Shown here: positions 25,111 through 38,559 of the stretch, piece after piece
How the letters are laid out: each line of letters begins with the position of its first letter
Numbering within the stretch: the first letter of the stretch is position 1
Assembly (NCBI RefSeq): GCF_009914755.1
Contig: NC_060947.1
Reading direction: 5' to 3' (one strand)
Length of the DNA: 64,000 bases
Source of the DNA: the human T2T-CHM13v2.0 reference genome, Homo sapiens
Translations under genes and position numbers: made by a program
The notes under the pieces: generated by a model
The model's input: only the letters and a program-made list of their open reading frames with translations
What the model was told of the DNA's origin: nothing
The model's database searches: none

Positions 25111-27049
25111 GTATACATATATCTGTAAATCACCATGTTATATGCTTAGGGGATTCATTTATGTATAAGGCACTGCAATCACTGCCCTCATGGAACCTAT
25201 AATATAACAGGAAAGGCAATGTATGTTTAACTTTTTCTTTCATGGAAATAAAGGCAAAGTACTACAGGAACAAAGAAGAGGGACTGGGGAGTGGACCAGG
25301 GTGGGGTGGGGAGAAGAAAGGTTTCATGGAGGAGGTAGCACTGAACATAGGCCTTGAAAGGTGAGTAGAGTTTGATGAAGGATGAGAGTGGTTAAAAGAG
25401 GAAAGTTCATTCCATGAAAAATTCCAAATACCTAATAACTGGGGGATGGATAAACACACTTTTGGATATTAACAGACTAGATATCTATGTAATCACCAGA
25501 AACAACCAAAAAAAAATATATTTGTGAACTAACTTCAAGACACATAAAACCATGTCTGTACATTAAAAAGGTTAGGCGGGCACTCAGCATGCTGGATATC
25601 CACAATGTTTGATTCAGTAAGGTTGCTCAAGTTCCAAAATTTTAAAAAGTCAACAACACTATATAAAGGTGAGTGCTAAGTCAAACTTACAGGCATTTGC
25701 TCTGATCTTTCTCTGGGATTAAACTCTCAGGGTCAGGAGCGCTGTGAGCACTGGGTTCCTGCAATGTCTTCAGAAAGTAAGAGTGGTAGTTGCTTGTGGT
25801 TACCGCAGGGGGCTGTATTCTGTGCTTCCTCCGCTCTTATATCTCATATGAACACAAGTTATCTGCTTGATGGGTCACTTTCTCCCCCACCCCACCACAC
25901 CTTCAGCCTCTCTCCCCCTCACACCCTAGCCCACTAAATCCTCTTCTATTTCAACAAAACAATCGCAATGTCTAGTTTCCCAAATCCGTGCGTAATGGTA
26001 CAGGAGTTAGGAGTGCTCAGAACATCTGTCTTGTTTTACTAAGTCTACTGACGGGGAAAAAGAACAGCAGCCGGGATTGGGAACCTTAGTTTATGTAACC
26101 TTGGAATTCATCGGCTCTGATTTCTGCCTGCTACATTCTTACCCAAATTTATTGTGTGTTCCCTCTGCAAACATAAAATAGAAATGTGAAAAGCAATTTA
26201 GGATTACTCAAAGAAAAACTTGTCTCTCTGCCTGAAGTTTTTCAAGTTATAGGTCCCAGTCAGACACGTGAAAATAGACCAGTTTTTATTGTATGGTCAA
26301 AATCAGTGGCTGTCAGTGAAAAGGCCCATCCCACTGTTGATGCCGCCTCCACACTTTGTGGGATTTCAACAAATTGCACAAGGCTATCATACTCATCTAC
26401 AATTTCTTGTTATTTTTTTAAGGAGATCTTCAGCATTTCACCCATCTCCCCCAATTATTTCTCCTGGAAAGACTGAGGCATTTAGCTTCTTGGACTTCTC
26501 TCCATATAAATGGCCACTCATGGGCCAACTAACTGTGTGGTGTTCAAGACAAACAATATACATCATGTAATAAAGAATCATTCTCCCCTGAGGGAATCTG
26601 AGACTAATTGAAAGGTTACTGTGTAATAGGCTCCATTTTCTTAATCATATCTTGTGTTTGTGCAAATGTTAAAAAAAAAGCCTCCCACCAATGTATTTTT
26701 ATCCAAATGCTGCTCAATTCTATTATAATAATTTTATTGTCCTAACATCCCTGTGAAATCAGTAAACCAGTGATGGAACAAACAGCTCTGCGTTGGTTTG
26801 AATCAGGCACTATGTTCAGGTTCCCAAATTAGAAGGAGCAGTGGTCAGATTGTCTGAAGAGATGGACACTGGCCGTGGCACTAACTGGTTATCTAACCAT
26901 TGTCTAATAATGGTCCTCATTTCCTCTTTTGTAAATCAAGAGATTGGAGAGACAATTTGCAGAAGTTTTTTTCCACTTCTAAGATTCAATGAGTCAAAGT
27001 TTGGAGACTTATTTCAGAGGCAACCAGCTATGTACAAAATATAGCATTA

Positions 27050-28560
27050 CAAAATAGAAAATATGTTGGCTTTGTAGCAAAAATACTTGGGCCTGAATCT
27101 TGGATTTACCACTAACTAGTAGTGTTACTTTGGCCGAGTCACCCTCTCTAATCCTCACCTTTCCTCTATAAAATGGAAATAAAAAGCCCTTATATGCTTA
27201 TTGCGATGATTAAATAAGAAAACATACATAAAGCAAATGGCATGTGACGGATTCTCAATAAATGGTAGCCACACTTAACTGCTTCATAGGCCAACTGGAG
27301 CATTGTCTCCAGAACATATTTGTACATTTCTTACCTATAAATATTCTTTCTATATCTAAAAATAAACATGGATCTTCTCCACTTTTTCAATTAAAGAATG
27401 GATTATCAAGAGTGTAATTACTATATTAACAACTCGATTTTACATATGAGGAAAATGAAGTTTATATGACTAGTCCGAAGTCACACAGAGAGTTAATGAC
27501 AGAGCTGTCTAGGATCCAGGTCATCAAATCCCAGGATGGTATATTTTACACACCCAACTGATACTCTTTCCAATAGGCCATGTTGCTATTAACAGTTTGT
27601 GGTGTCAGACAAAAATAATAATGATTTTTATACACTATATTAGCTAAGTCTATTAAGAACAGAAAAACAGAATACTGGAAATCTGAGTAACTCAAGCTAA
27701 AACACTTTTTCTAAATTTCAAGACAAAATAACTAAACAAACAGAAACATTTGAGTAATCGAGGGAGCAGCAAGACAGATGAATGTCACTATTTGTCTCCC
27801 CATATCTACCTTTGTCTCCCTTCAAGTTAGTCTGATCATCTGAATGAAGGGTACCACTGTTTAGCCAGAAACCTACAAGAAATCCTTAATAGCTTTATAT
27901 CTCCTTCTATTTCACCTCCTCCCTTACCTAAATGTAACCAAGTCCTTCTAATTCTATCTTCTAAATTCCTCTTAATTCTGGTCAATTCTTTGTACCTCGC
28001 TTTAACAGGTCATAATCTTTTCTCACCTGGACTACTACAACAACCTGTTACTTCGTCTCCATTTTTTGGCTGTTCTTACTACCTAAAAATCAATTATGTA
28101 TAGCTAGTTGATCTTTTTAGATGTAAACAAGAATATGTACCAAAACTTGAAATTTTATGTAGTAAAATTTTATTTGTGTAACTTGTCTTGTACACCACTT
28201 TTCTTCGAGTTGCTAATTATCTCATTTTTATTTGACTAACTTGCTATATGTATATATCTATTTTTCCACAAATGCTATCAGATGTTATGACTACAAATAT
28301 ATTTTTCAAAATAATAAAATATGCAAAATTAATTTATTCAAAAACTTACTGGATGTCTATTATGTCCTAGACACTAGGGATGTATAGTCAACAAGACAGA
28401 CAATGTCCCTATTCTCATAAACATGTATACTAGTGGACAGAGAAAGATAATTAGCAAACATATAAATATATAATACAATGACAATGCTATAATGAAAATG
28501 TTAAAGGCCATGATGAAAAATAAATAAAAGTTTATAGTTAAAGAGAGTGAACCAGGCACT
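27050..28560. mobile_element. MIR (about 27050-27270 +, 27430-27580 -) and L2 (about 27840-28150 +, 28330-28560 -) fragments
   Basis: MIR cores; TCTCACCTGGACTACTACAACAACCT and ATTCAAAAACTTACTGGATGTCTATTATGTCCTAGACACT L2 motifs. Confidence 0.7.
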
Positions 28561-28639
28561 CATACTTATCTATAAATGACATAAGATAATTATTTTAGTG
28601 GCATAAACCCATGAGGAAAAAGAAAAACAGGAAAGAGTA

Positions 28640-29810
28640 TGAGACAGCAACTTTTAGGAATAGAAAGGCAAAAGAGCAAATATCAGCTGATTAGCAGGCC
28701 TAATAAACTGGAATCTTAAACCAGCATTGAGGAAATTAAGAACAATTTGCACCAAGGAAGCATCAGGTACTTCCGTAAGTGAGGGCGAAAGTGGAGCTGA
28801 AAACAGAGGGATTGGTTGAAAGATGGTTTAAGAACCAATAAGCTTCCAATTCCCCTCCTTCATTATTCACAGCTCATCATTACCCTACATACTTCTCTCT
28901 TACAGAAGAGTGGAGATTTAGTCTCTGATAAATAAAATACAGAGTGTTAGGATTGGGTGTCTCATACAGAGCTGAGTGTGAGATTAAGTGAACATCTAGC
29001 TATATACTACATATTGAGATCACCAACCGTCTTTTCTTACATGGCTCCCAAAAACCTAGAACCAAGGTCTATATTTCCCACAAGGAAAAGTGGAAGATTA
29101 TTTACTGAGAAAATCTGAGCAACTTTATAGTAAATTATGTAAAAATAATTAGAAGATCACCAAAGGAAGAGAGCCAGCTAAATCATCCTATAGTGACACT
29201 CACCATGACAAAAACTTTTAATCAGCTTTTTTGTGTCCCATTCAAACATAACCAAACATCTAAGGATTCCCAGATGTGATTTTTAAAAATTCTATGATGA
29301 AGACAAGGAAATAAAACAATTTAAGAAAAGAGATTGCAGTGAAATGATCACTTACAAATCATTAGGATTATTAGAAATATGAAAGAAGACATTGTAGTCA
29401 TTAAAAAGAACAGTATACTATTAAAAATGAACATTAAATAAAAGAACTCTTAGATATTTTAAATGAGAGCAGAAATGAAATTTCACTAGAAGTAGTGAAA
29501 TTTTATGGAAATTTTATGGAAAAACCAGACCAAAGAGACAAAAACATAGAAAATAAGAAATAAAATATTTTTAAAATTAGAGAATCAAACCAGGAGGTCC
29601 AACATAGGAATTGTAGGTTTTCATGAAAGAGAAGAGAGCAAATGGAGGAGACAAAATTATGAAATAAATCAATCAAAAAATCCCAGAACTGAATAAATGG
29701 TTTCTAGATTAAAAGGGAAATTGAGTTCCTAACAAAATTGATAAAAGTTGACCCACACTAAAACACACCATGTTTAAAGTTAAGAACATTGGACACCAAG
29801 CAAAGATTAT
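28640..29810 (+). mobile_element. Ancient L1M/HAL1-type 5' region and ORF1 remnant
   Basis: A-rich strand with AGGAGGTCCAACATAGGAATTGTAGG and ATCCCAGAACTGAA, resembling ORF1 RRSNIxIxGV and NFPEL. Confidence 0.6.
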
Positions 29811-29949
29811 ATTTGAATGATGGAAATTGAGCAGAAAGGCAAAGGTAAGTAAGGGCCAGAGATGACCATAATTGCACGGGAATGTGTACCACTACTATAT
29901 CTAACCCATCGAAGTTTACCTGCTTTACTCTAAAAGGATATTCAGTATT

Positions 29950-30450
29950 CAAAGGCTTCTCTCTATTTTCACTGTTCCATCTTAGTCCAATCCACTATTA
30001 TCTTTCTCTTGGATTACTACAATAGCCTGTAACTGGTCTCTCTGCCTTCACTCTGGTTCCCTATAGCCCATCCCCCAGACAGCAGCCAGAAGTGGAAATT
30101 GCAGTGTAAATCAGACCCTTTCTCTCCTCTTCTTAATCTCCCAATGGCTTTTCATTTCATCCAAAATTAAATCCAAATTCTTCACACTCGCCTTCTAGAC
30201 TCTCCATAATATGGCCCTTGACTGCCTTTTGACCTCATCATTAGTCTTTTTCACTACTTTTAGCCACACTGATCTTCTTCATGTTCTATGTACATGCCCA
30301 GCACATTTACAACTTAGGGCTTTTGCACCTGCAAGTCTTTTCCTTAAGATCTTTTCATGGCTTGCTCCTTCTCATAACTTAGGTCTCAGCTCATTTGTCA
30401 CTTTCTCAGAGAAAAATTTCCTAATCAGCTTATCTAAAGTAGTCACTGAG
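29950..30450 (+). mobile_element. L2a fragment
   Basis: GGATTACTACAATAGCCTGTAACTGGTCTCTCTGCCT, CAGCAGCCAGA, CTTAGGGCTTTTGCACCTGC. Confidence 0.85.
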
Positions 30451-31016
30451 AATTCTAGCAGGGGCTTCAAGATAGCTAACTAGAAGCATCTTGTGCTCAC
30501 CTCCTCCACTAAGAAGAAGGAAAATAATGAGTAAATTGTCACATTTCAAATAAATCATCCAAGAGAGAATGCTGGAATTCAACAGAAAAGTGATAGGAAA
30601 CACCTAAAGCAAGGACAGAGAGGAAAGCAAGGCAGCCTGCTCAGTTGAGATTGGCTGAAAGCCTAGAGATACTCCCCAATGTGTGGAAAGAGTAAGTGAG
30701 GGACCCTCAGCAGACTACATTCCCACTGTGAACTCCTGAAATCCTAGCCACAGAAAAACTCCTAGACTCTCACGGGCCTGAAATTAACATAGGGAGCTGC
30801 CTGTAGACAACATGAAAGCATTGTTTTAGGGAATGAGCTAGTTCTGGGTCCCACAATCACCCCAAATCCTAAGCAGCTACAGCAAGGAACCATTTTCAGA
30901 GCACAGTCTCTTTAATAAATTGTGCTGGGAAAATTGGATTGCCATATACAGAAGAATGAAACTGGACCTCTATTATTCACCATATATAAAAATCAACTCA
31001 AGATGAATTAAAGACT

Positions 31017-31319
31017 TGTATTAGTCCATCTCGTGTTGCTATAAAGGAATACTTGAGACTTGAGACTAGATAATGTACAAAAAAAAGGAGATTTATTTGG
31101 CTCCCAGTTCTGCAGGCTGTACAAGCATTTCACCAGCAACTGCTCAGCTTCTGGTGAGGCCTCAGGAAACTTTTACTCATGGCAGAAGGTGACTGGGGAG
31201 CAGGCAGGTCACATGGATCATCTCCATGATTCAAACACCTTCTATTAGGCCCCATCTCTAACACTGGGGATCACATTTCAACATGAGATTTGGAGGAGAC
31301 AAACATCTCCACTATATTA
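31017..31319 (-). mobile_element. ERVL-MaLR solo LTR, MST-type, internally deleted
   Basis: TGTATTAGTCCATCTCGTGTTGCTATAAAGGAATAC...CAACATGAGATTTGGAGGAGACAAACATC; canonical 5-bp TSD AGACT at 31012-31016 and 31320-31324. Confidence 0.9.
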
Positions 31320-31385
31320 AGACTTAAGTATAAGACCCAAAACTATAAAACTATGAGATGAAAACATAGGGAAAACACTTCAGGA

Positions 31386-31605
31386 AGTTACCCTATATGG
31401 GCTAAAAAGGGGAGGAGACTTTTCTGGAAGCTGCCCACCCCTTTCCCAGAAAACTCATGAATAATCCACTCCTTGTTTAGCATATAGTCATGAAATAACT
31501 ATAAATATAATCAGTTGAACAAACCATGCCACTGCTCTGCCTATGGAGTAGCAATTCTTTTATTCTGTTACTTTCTTAATAAACTTGCTTTAACTTTAAA
31601 GAAAA
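31386..31605 (+). mobile_element. MER41-family LTR fragment with poly(A) tail and long TSD
   Basis: GTTACCCTATATGGGCTAAAAAGGGGAGG, CATGAATAATCCACTCCTTGTTTAGCATA, GCTCTGCCTATGGAGTAGC, AATAAACTTGCTT then A tract. Confidence 0.85.
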
Positions 31606-32624
31606 AAAACATTTCAGGACCTTGGTCTAGACAAACATTTTCTGCCTAAGACCTCAAAAGCACACACACACAAAACAAAAATAGGCAAATGAAACTATAT
31701 TAAAATCAAAAGCTTCTGCACGGCAAAGGAAACAATCAACAGGGTGAACAGACAATCTGCTGAATGAGAAAATATTTGCAAACTATCCATCTGACAAGCA
31801 ACTAATACCCAGAATATACAAGGAACTCAAACAACTCAACAATATGAAAACAAATAATCCCATTAAAAAGTGGGCAAATGACATGAATAATTTGTCAAAA
31901 GAATACATATAAATGGCCAACGGGTATATAACAATATTCAACATCACTAATCATTCAGGGAAATGCAAATCAAAACCACAGTGAGATATTGTGATACACC
32001 AGTTAGAATGATTAGTATGAAAAAGACAAAAAATAACAGATGCTGGTGAGGAAAATGGAACTTATACACTCTTGGTGGGAATGTAAACTAGTACAACCAT
32101 TATGGAAGACAGTATAAATTCTCAAAAATCTCAAAATAGAACCACCATACAATCCAGCAATCCCACTACTGAGTATTTATCCAAAGGAAGAGAAATCGGT
32201 ATGACCTACACTTGCATGTTTATTGCAGCTAATAGCAAAGACATGGAGTCCACTACTGCAATTGCAGTGGTACCACTCTAACAGCACTCGGGCTGGGGAA
32301 GGAACAAGAGGCCTAGTCAATACGTTGGTACCTCCAGCACTCTGTAGCCACCATATAGAGACGAGTTCAGCCCCTTTTCATTGAGAACCCCTACCTCCTA
32401 CTCCAGCTGGCAGGGCCCCTGGCTCATGACCACAGAACTGTCACCCCAACCATGGCTGAGCATACCCACTGGTAGTGGCCTGGAGTTTCCCTAGGGAGAG
32501 GTTTTCAGAGGCATCCAACAGCCCCTCTGCCACTGCCACAGCAGCATTTCCTTCCCTGCTGCAATCATTCTGGGAAAGAAACAAAGAGCCTGAGGGTTGG
32601 CTCTTTTCAAATATTTTTTGAAAT

Positions 32625-32732
32625 CTTTGTTCCCCTGCCAGCTGTCTTTAAGGACAGCATGCTCCCTAAGTCCCACATCACAATAAATATTATTTAACAC
32701 AGACCAATAATTCCATATCACATTTGAAAATA
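32625..32732 (+). repeat. 108-bp dispersed copy of 36026-36133
   Basis: Ungapped manual alignment, 6 mismatches in 108 bp. Confidence 0.95.
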
Positions 32733-33156
32733 CACCTGAGCATCTAGCGTGCCGCAGTCACCATATGAAGAGGAGACCAATCTCTCCTCTCTGTGAGCCT
32801 TCAACACCCTACTCCCCAACAAGCTATGAGCAGTGCAGCTACCCCACCCCACTGACTGAACACTCCCAGTAACTGTGGCTCCATGTTTCTTAGAGGTGGA
32901 GCCCCTAGGGGACACGAAAACCTCTCTGCCACTGCCTCTGCAGTGGTACTGCCCCTGCTGCCCTCAGACACTGTTCAGAAGAAGATATACAAGCAGCCAA
33001 CAGGCATATGAAAAAAAAAAGCTCAACATGATTCGTCATTAGAGAAATGCAACTCAAAACGGCAATGAGATACCATCTCAGATCAGTCAGAATGGCTATT
33101 GTTAAAAAGTCAAAAAATAACAGATGCTGGTGAGGTTGCAGAGAAAAGGGAATGCT

Positions 33157-33593
<437 letters not shown>

Positions 33594-34931
33594 TTATAGT
33601 TCAGCCACCATAGACAGCAGTTTGGAGATTTCTCAAAGAACTTAAAGCAGAACTACCATTCAACCCAGCAATCCTATTACTTGGTATATACCCAAAGGAA
33701 TATAAATCATTCTACCATAAAGACACATGCACGTGCATGTTCATTGCAGCACTATTCATAATAGCAAAGACACGGAATCAACCCAAATGCCCATCAGTAG
33801 TAGACTGAATGAGAAAATGTAATACATATACACCATGGAATTAATGCAAATGCCCATCAACGACAGATTAGATAAAGAAAATGTGGTACATATACACCAT
33901 GGAATGCTATGTAGTCATAACAAAGAACAAGATCATGTCTTTTGCGGGAACATGGATGGAGCTGGAGGCCATTATCCGTAGCAAACCAATGCAGGAACAG
34001 AAAACCAAATATCTCATGTTCTCCCTTGTAAGCAGGAGCTAAATGATGAGAACCTATGGGCACATAGAAGGGAATAACAGACACTGGAACTTACCTGAGG
34101 GTGGCAGGTGGGAGGAGGAAAAGAAGCAGGAAAAATAACTACTGAATACTAGGCTTAGCACCAGGATGACAAAATAATCTGTACAACAAACACCCATGAC
34201 ACAAGTTTACCTATATAACAAAACTGCATGTGTACCCCTGAACCTAAAGTAAAAAAATTAAAAACGAAGTCACGGAGTCAACCTAAGTGTCCATCAATGG
34301 ATGGATGGATAAAGAAAACATGATGTTACACAAAGTGGAATACTATTAGGCCATTCAAAAGAATGAAATCATGTCATTTGTAGCAACATGGATGGAACTG
34401 GAGATCATTATGTTAAGTGAAATAAGCCAGACAGAAAAAAGACAAATACTGCTTACATGGAGGTTAAAAAAGTTTATCTCATGGAGGTAGAAAATAGAAT
34501 CATAGATACCAGAGGCTGGAAAGAGTGTGTGCATTGGAGGGTAGATGGAGAGTTTGGTCAATGTGTACAAACATACAATTAATTATATAAAAGAAATAAG
34601 TTATAATGCTTGATAGGAGAGTAGGGTATTATAGTTAGAAACAATGTATTGTATTTTTCCAAGTAGCTGGAAGAGAGGGCTTGATTGTTCCCAGCACATA
34701 GAAATGATAAACACTATGGTGATAGATACCCCAAATATGCTGACTTGATCATTATACATTATATGCATGTAATGAATATTCACTATATGGAATTAATAAC
34801 GTGGATTGCCCCTGCAAAAGAGACCCCTGGAGATACAGACTCTCCTGGATTACCAAGAACACTCAGATTGGTAATAATAGATTTCCTTTTCTTACAGGTC
34901 TTATGACAGGCCTTGTTAGGGAGGTAGTAAT

Positions 34932-35321
34932 TGTCTTAGTCTACTTAGTTGGGCTGCCATAACAAAAATACCATAGATGGGTAGTTTAAACAAGATAAAT
35001 TTAGTTTTGCAGCGTTCTGGAGGGTGGAAGTCCAAGATCCAGTTGCTAGCATGGTTCCTTTCTGGTGAGGGTTCTCTTCCTGGCTTACAGATGATCACCT
35101 GCCTTCTCATTATCATTATGTCCTCCCCTGGTTGGGGGGTAGGAGGGAGAAGAGAGAGCTCTCTAGTGTCTCTTCTTATAAGGGCACTAATTCTATCATG
35201 AGTGCCTCACCCTCATGACCTCATCTAAGCCTAAACAAACGTTCCAATCTCCAAATACGATCATTTGTGAGGTTAGGGCTTCAACATTTGAATTTGAGGA
35301 AACACAATTCAGTCCACAGCA
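34932..35321 (-). mobile_element. ERVL-MaLR solo LTR, MLT1A-type
   Basis: GGGCTGCCATAACAAAAATACCATAGA, GGAAGTCCAAGATC, TCTGGTGAGGG, ACACAATTCAGTCCACAGCA; flanks GTAAT / GTAAG. Confidence 0.88.
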
Positions 35322-37569
35322 GTAAGGAAACTGATAGGGGAAAGTGGCAACATGGCAGGCAGGATTATTAGGGGATGCAATTGACTGAATAGAGGTCCTA
35401 ATCACATTTTCTTCTAGATTTGTGTATCTGTGGAGCTCACTGAAGAACTCTTATGTTTCCAATTTGTCAACTCCCAGCACTCCCTTCTCCATTCTACTAC
35501 CCTCCCAAACTACTCTGTGATAAATCAAGGATTGTCATATTCTAAAGTGTTCCAATGGGATTAAGTTCCATAGACAGGGAAGGAATTTCTTCGTGTTTAA
35601 TAGATAAGAAATCTAATACCCATCGTAGGGAAGTAATATGCTCATAGTCTCACTGAAAACAGTATTTCAAGCCAGATTTGCGACACATAGTTCTTATCTT
35701 CCAGCAGAAAGCTTTTCCTTCTGAGTACTTGTCTATTTTCTGAATAGACCCAGGCCTCGGGTTGGTTATGAGATAATTCAACAGAGATTTATAGGCTGCT
35801 AAAATGCTGGGTCACTGTAATCCATACTCTGTACTTCACTGCTACTTCCATCTTTCTGGATACTCTATCCCAGTAACTGAAAATTAGAAAGAGGCCCCCT
35901 GCCCCCAACCTTGTCCACCAACCTCCAAACATCATTAGGGAAGAAGTACACTGTGTACTTGTTCCCTTGGCACTTCAGGTGGCAAAATTTTATCCTTTCT
36001 CAGGCCAATTAAAAGTTTGCAAGCACTTTGTTCCCCTGCCAGATGTCTTTAAGGACAGCATGCTCGCTAAGTCCCACATCACAATAAATATTACTTAACA
36101 TAAACCAATAATTCCATAGCACATTTGAAAATATCAAGATTACTGCTGAGATTGAAACATTGACTAGAAAAGAGCCCCAATGATTTCCTGATTATGAAGC
36201 AATTATGGATGTGGAAACTGTCACCTTCCCAAAACTCAAGTCCTCCAGGAAGCCTTTCAGGATTAAAAACCGACCCAACATTGACTACTCAATTGCTCCA
36301 CTTTGCATTCTATTGTTTGTTCTTGTTTAGTTGTTGCTTTGAAAACACTATTTTGGGATGCAAAGTTGTCAATGTGCATGTGTATGCTCTCTCCAACTAA
36401 CTTGTGTGTTCCATATAGCTGCTTCTCAGTATAGTCTTGACTGCCTGTGCTTTATGTGTTCTAAATTTCATTTTCACACGTTTCTTTTCACTGATACAAT
36501 AATCAGAAGTTGTGGGGAAGCGTAAGAACTAAGGTTTGACAAAATATAGCTCATGCAACAATTAACACATGCTGAATAGTAAAATGTGATAATTCTGCAA
36601 CACTGGGAGCTAAATGGTTTAACTTTGATGCCCAAATATCTCGCTTCTAAATACCCTTTAATATTTCCCCATGTCCCAGTTTCTCCCTTATGTTGATGCC
36701 AACAAAACCTTAATAAAGTGATCATTGAGGTATTGACCTCAGAATGAAAGAAAATATGATTCTTCTCAAGGACATCTACATATAAGAACTCTTTTATAGG
36801 AGATGGTAAGCAATGAACTTGATGTGTGAGATTAGATGGAACAGGGATGCTGTAAGTAATCTGGTCTTTGCTGTCCCACTCTTCCCAGCATTTTCTTTCA
36901 TTGTTGTTAAGGATGTTTGTGGGAGAAGAAGAGAAAAAAGTAAGAAGGGGCATCATTGGGCCCTTGGCTGCCCTCTGCCAACTGTGTGAGAATTGGAGGA
37001 GAGAGGAAACCTATAGGCTGCTTCTCTCGTTTCATTTCCTTTTCCCTAATCCTGAAGAAGAACTGCAATATTGTCTCCTTCTCTCATTAATGAAGCAATG
37101 AATAAGTGGATAGCCTGGTGGCCCACCTCAGAGAGGTTGCCAATGAAGCAGTAGAGATTGGCTTCAATTTAGTTGACAAGCTGTTAACTGTTTCTAGTGT
37201 TTTTCACAAACTTTTATTAGACAGATTACTTAAAGCTGTTTTATCCATTTTCTCCCTATTTTCTCATTTCTTGATCTCAAACAAGAGGGTACCTCCACCA
37301 CTAACTCCAGGTGACCTCTCTTAGCTAAACACTCTTCTGTAATAAGCCCCTTACCCACACATACAACATAGGTGAACCGATTCGTCAGAATGTAATTTTA
37401 TTGTCATGAACTCTCTTAGCTGGAAATTGGGAAACTTCATGAATTATATATCAAAACATATATACAAAATACACTGTATTCATTGAAAAGAAATTGTACT
37501 ATTTCTACTACCCACCTTCAAGTCATATGCAATCACATTTCTGCCACAACATGCATAAATGTATCCGAC

Positions 37570-37730
37570 TGGAAATCATAGAATTGTCAAATATCAGAGC
37601 AGGAAGGGAATGTAGAGATAATTTAGCCTAACCCTCTGATTTTACAGAGGATGAGGTGAATAACCAGAGAGAGGACTTTACAAAGGTCACTCAGGTAGTT
37701 GAGAACAGAAGTGAGACTAAAACCATGGGC
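37570..37730 (-). mobile_element. MIR fragment
   Basis: AACCCTCTGATTTTACAGAGGATGAGG...AAGGTCACTCAG. Confidence 0.7.
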
Positions 37731-38559
37731 ATGTTTATGAGTCTCTGTGTCAAAACAAACATGTATTCAACCAAAAACTCAAGAACTACCAAATGAGGAA
37801 GCACCAATCTTTTCAAAGCAACAATGATCTCATTCATCATGTTTGAATGTCCCTTTTCCTTTCTGAACTGTTTTGCTGCTTGTTGTCAATTCCCAGGACA
37901 CTTCCCTTCCCCTGCTTCTGAACAGCCCCCACAAATGAGCAATTCCTAAATGCATTTGCTATGACGTATGCAAAGGCTGCCACTCAGAGAAAAGGTCAGT
38001 GTCAGTGTCCTCTGTTTCCAAATATGCCTCTTTTTAAAAAATCAGGCATAGCAATACTGAATACCAATTGCCTAAAGATTCACAAATCTCCTCTAGGAAA
38101 TTTCACGGCTCCTAAAGAAATGGCAAATCCAATGAAAGTTGTTATGTGATTTACCAAGCTTAAAAAGGAACATAAAAGGGGCATGAATAGACACCATTTT
38201 TCTACTGGCCCAGGGAATTGTGCTGACGGGTCTGCAAGAGTCAGACATGATGCCTCATTCCTCTGTCTTTATACTCAGCCATCTCTCTAGTGCCTTAGAA
38301 TGTCAAGCAGGTCCCAGGCATGCTCTCAGGTCACGAGATATAAGGAGTCAGGTCTCTAGGGAGCCTCCAAAGAGAGAAGTGAAGACACTAAGGAAAAAAG
38401 TAATTATTTATGGCCATTTTGCTTTGTATTTCTGATGTTAGTCCTTTACTGGTACTTCTCAGTCTGCTCTGAATTCTGAATTTTCCACAACACAAAATAA
38501 TACTTGCTGTTTTTTTTCAGATGCTACCAGATATCATTAATCAGATGGTTCACACAGAC

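Noticed and set aside
36474-36956. 160-aa ORF in unique DNA
   Set aside because: No recognisable motif, no supporting splice or homology evidence
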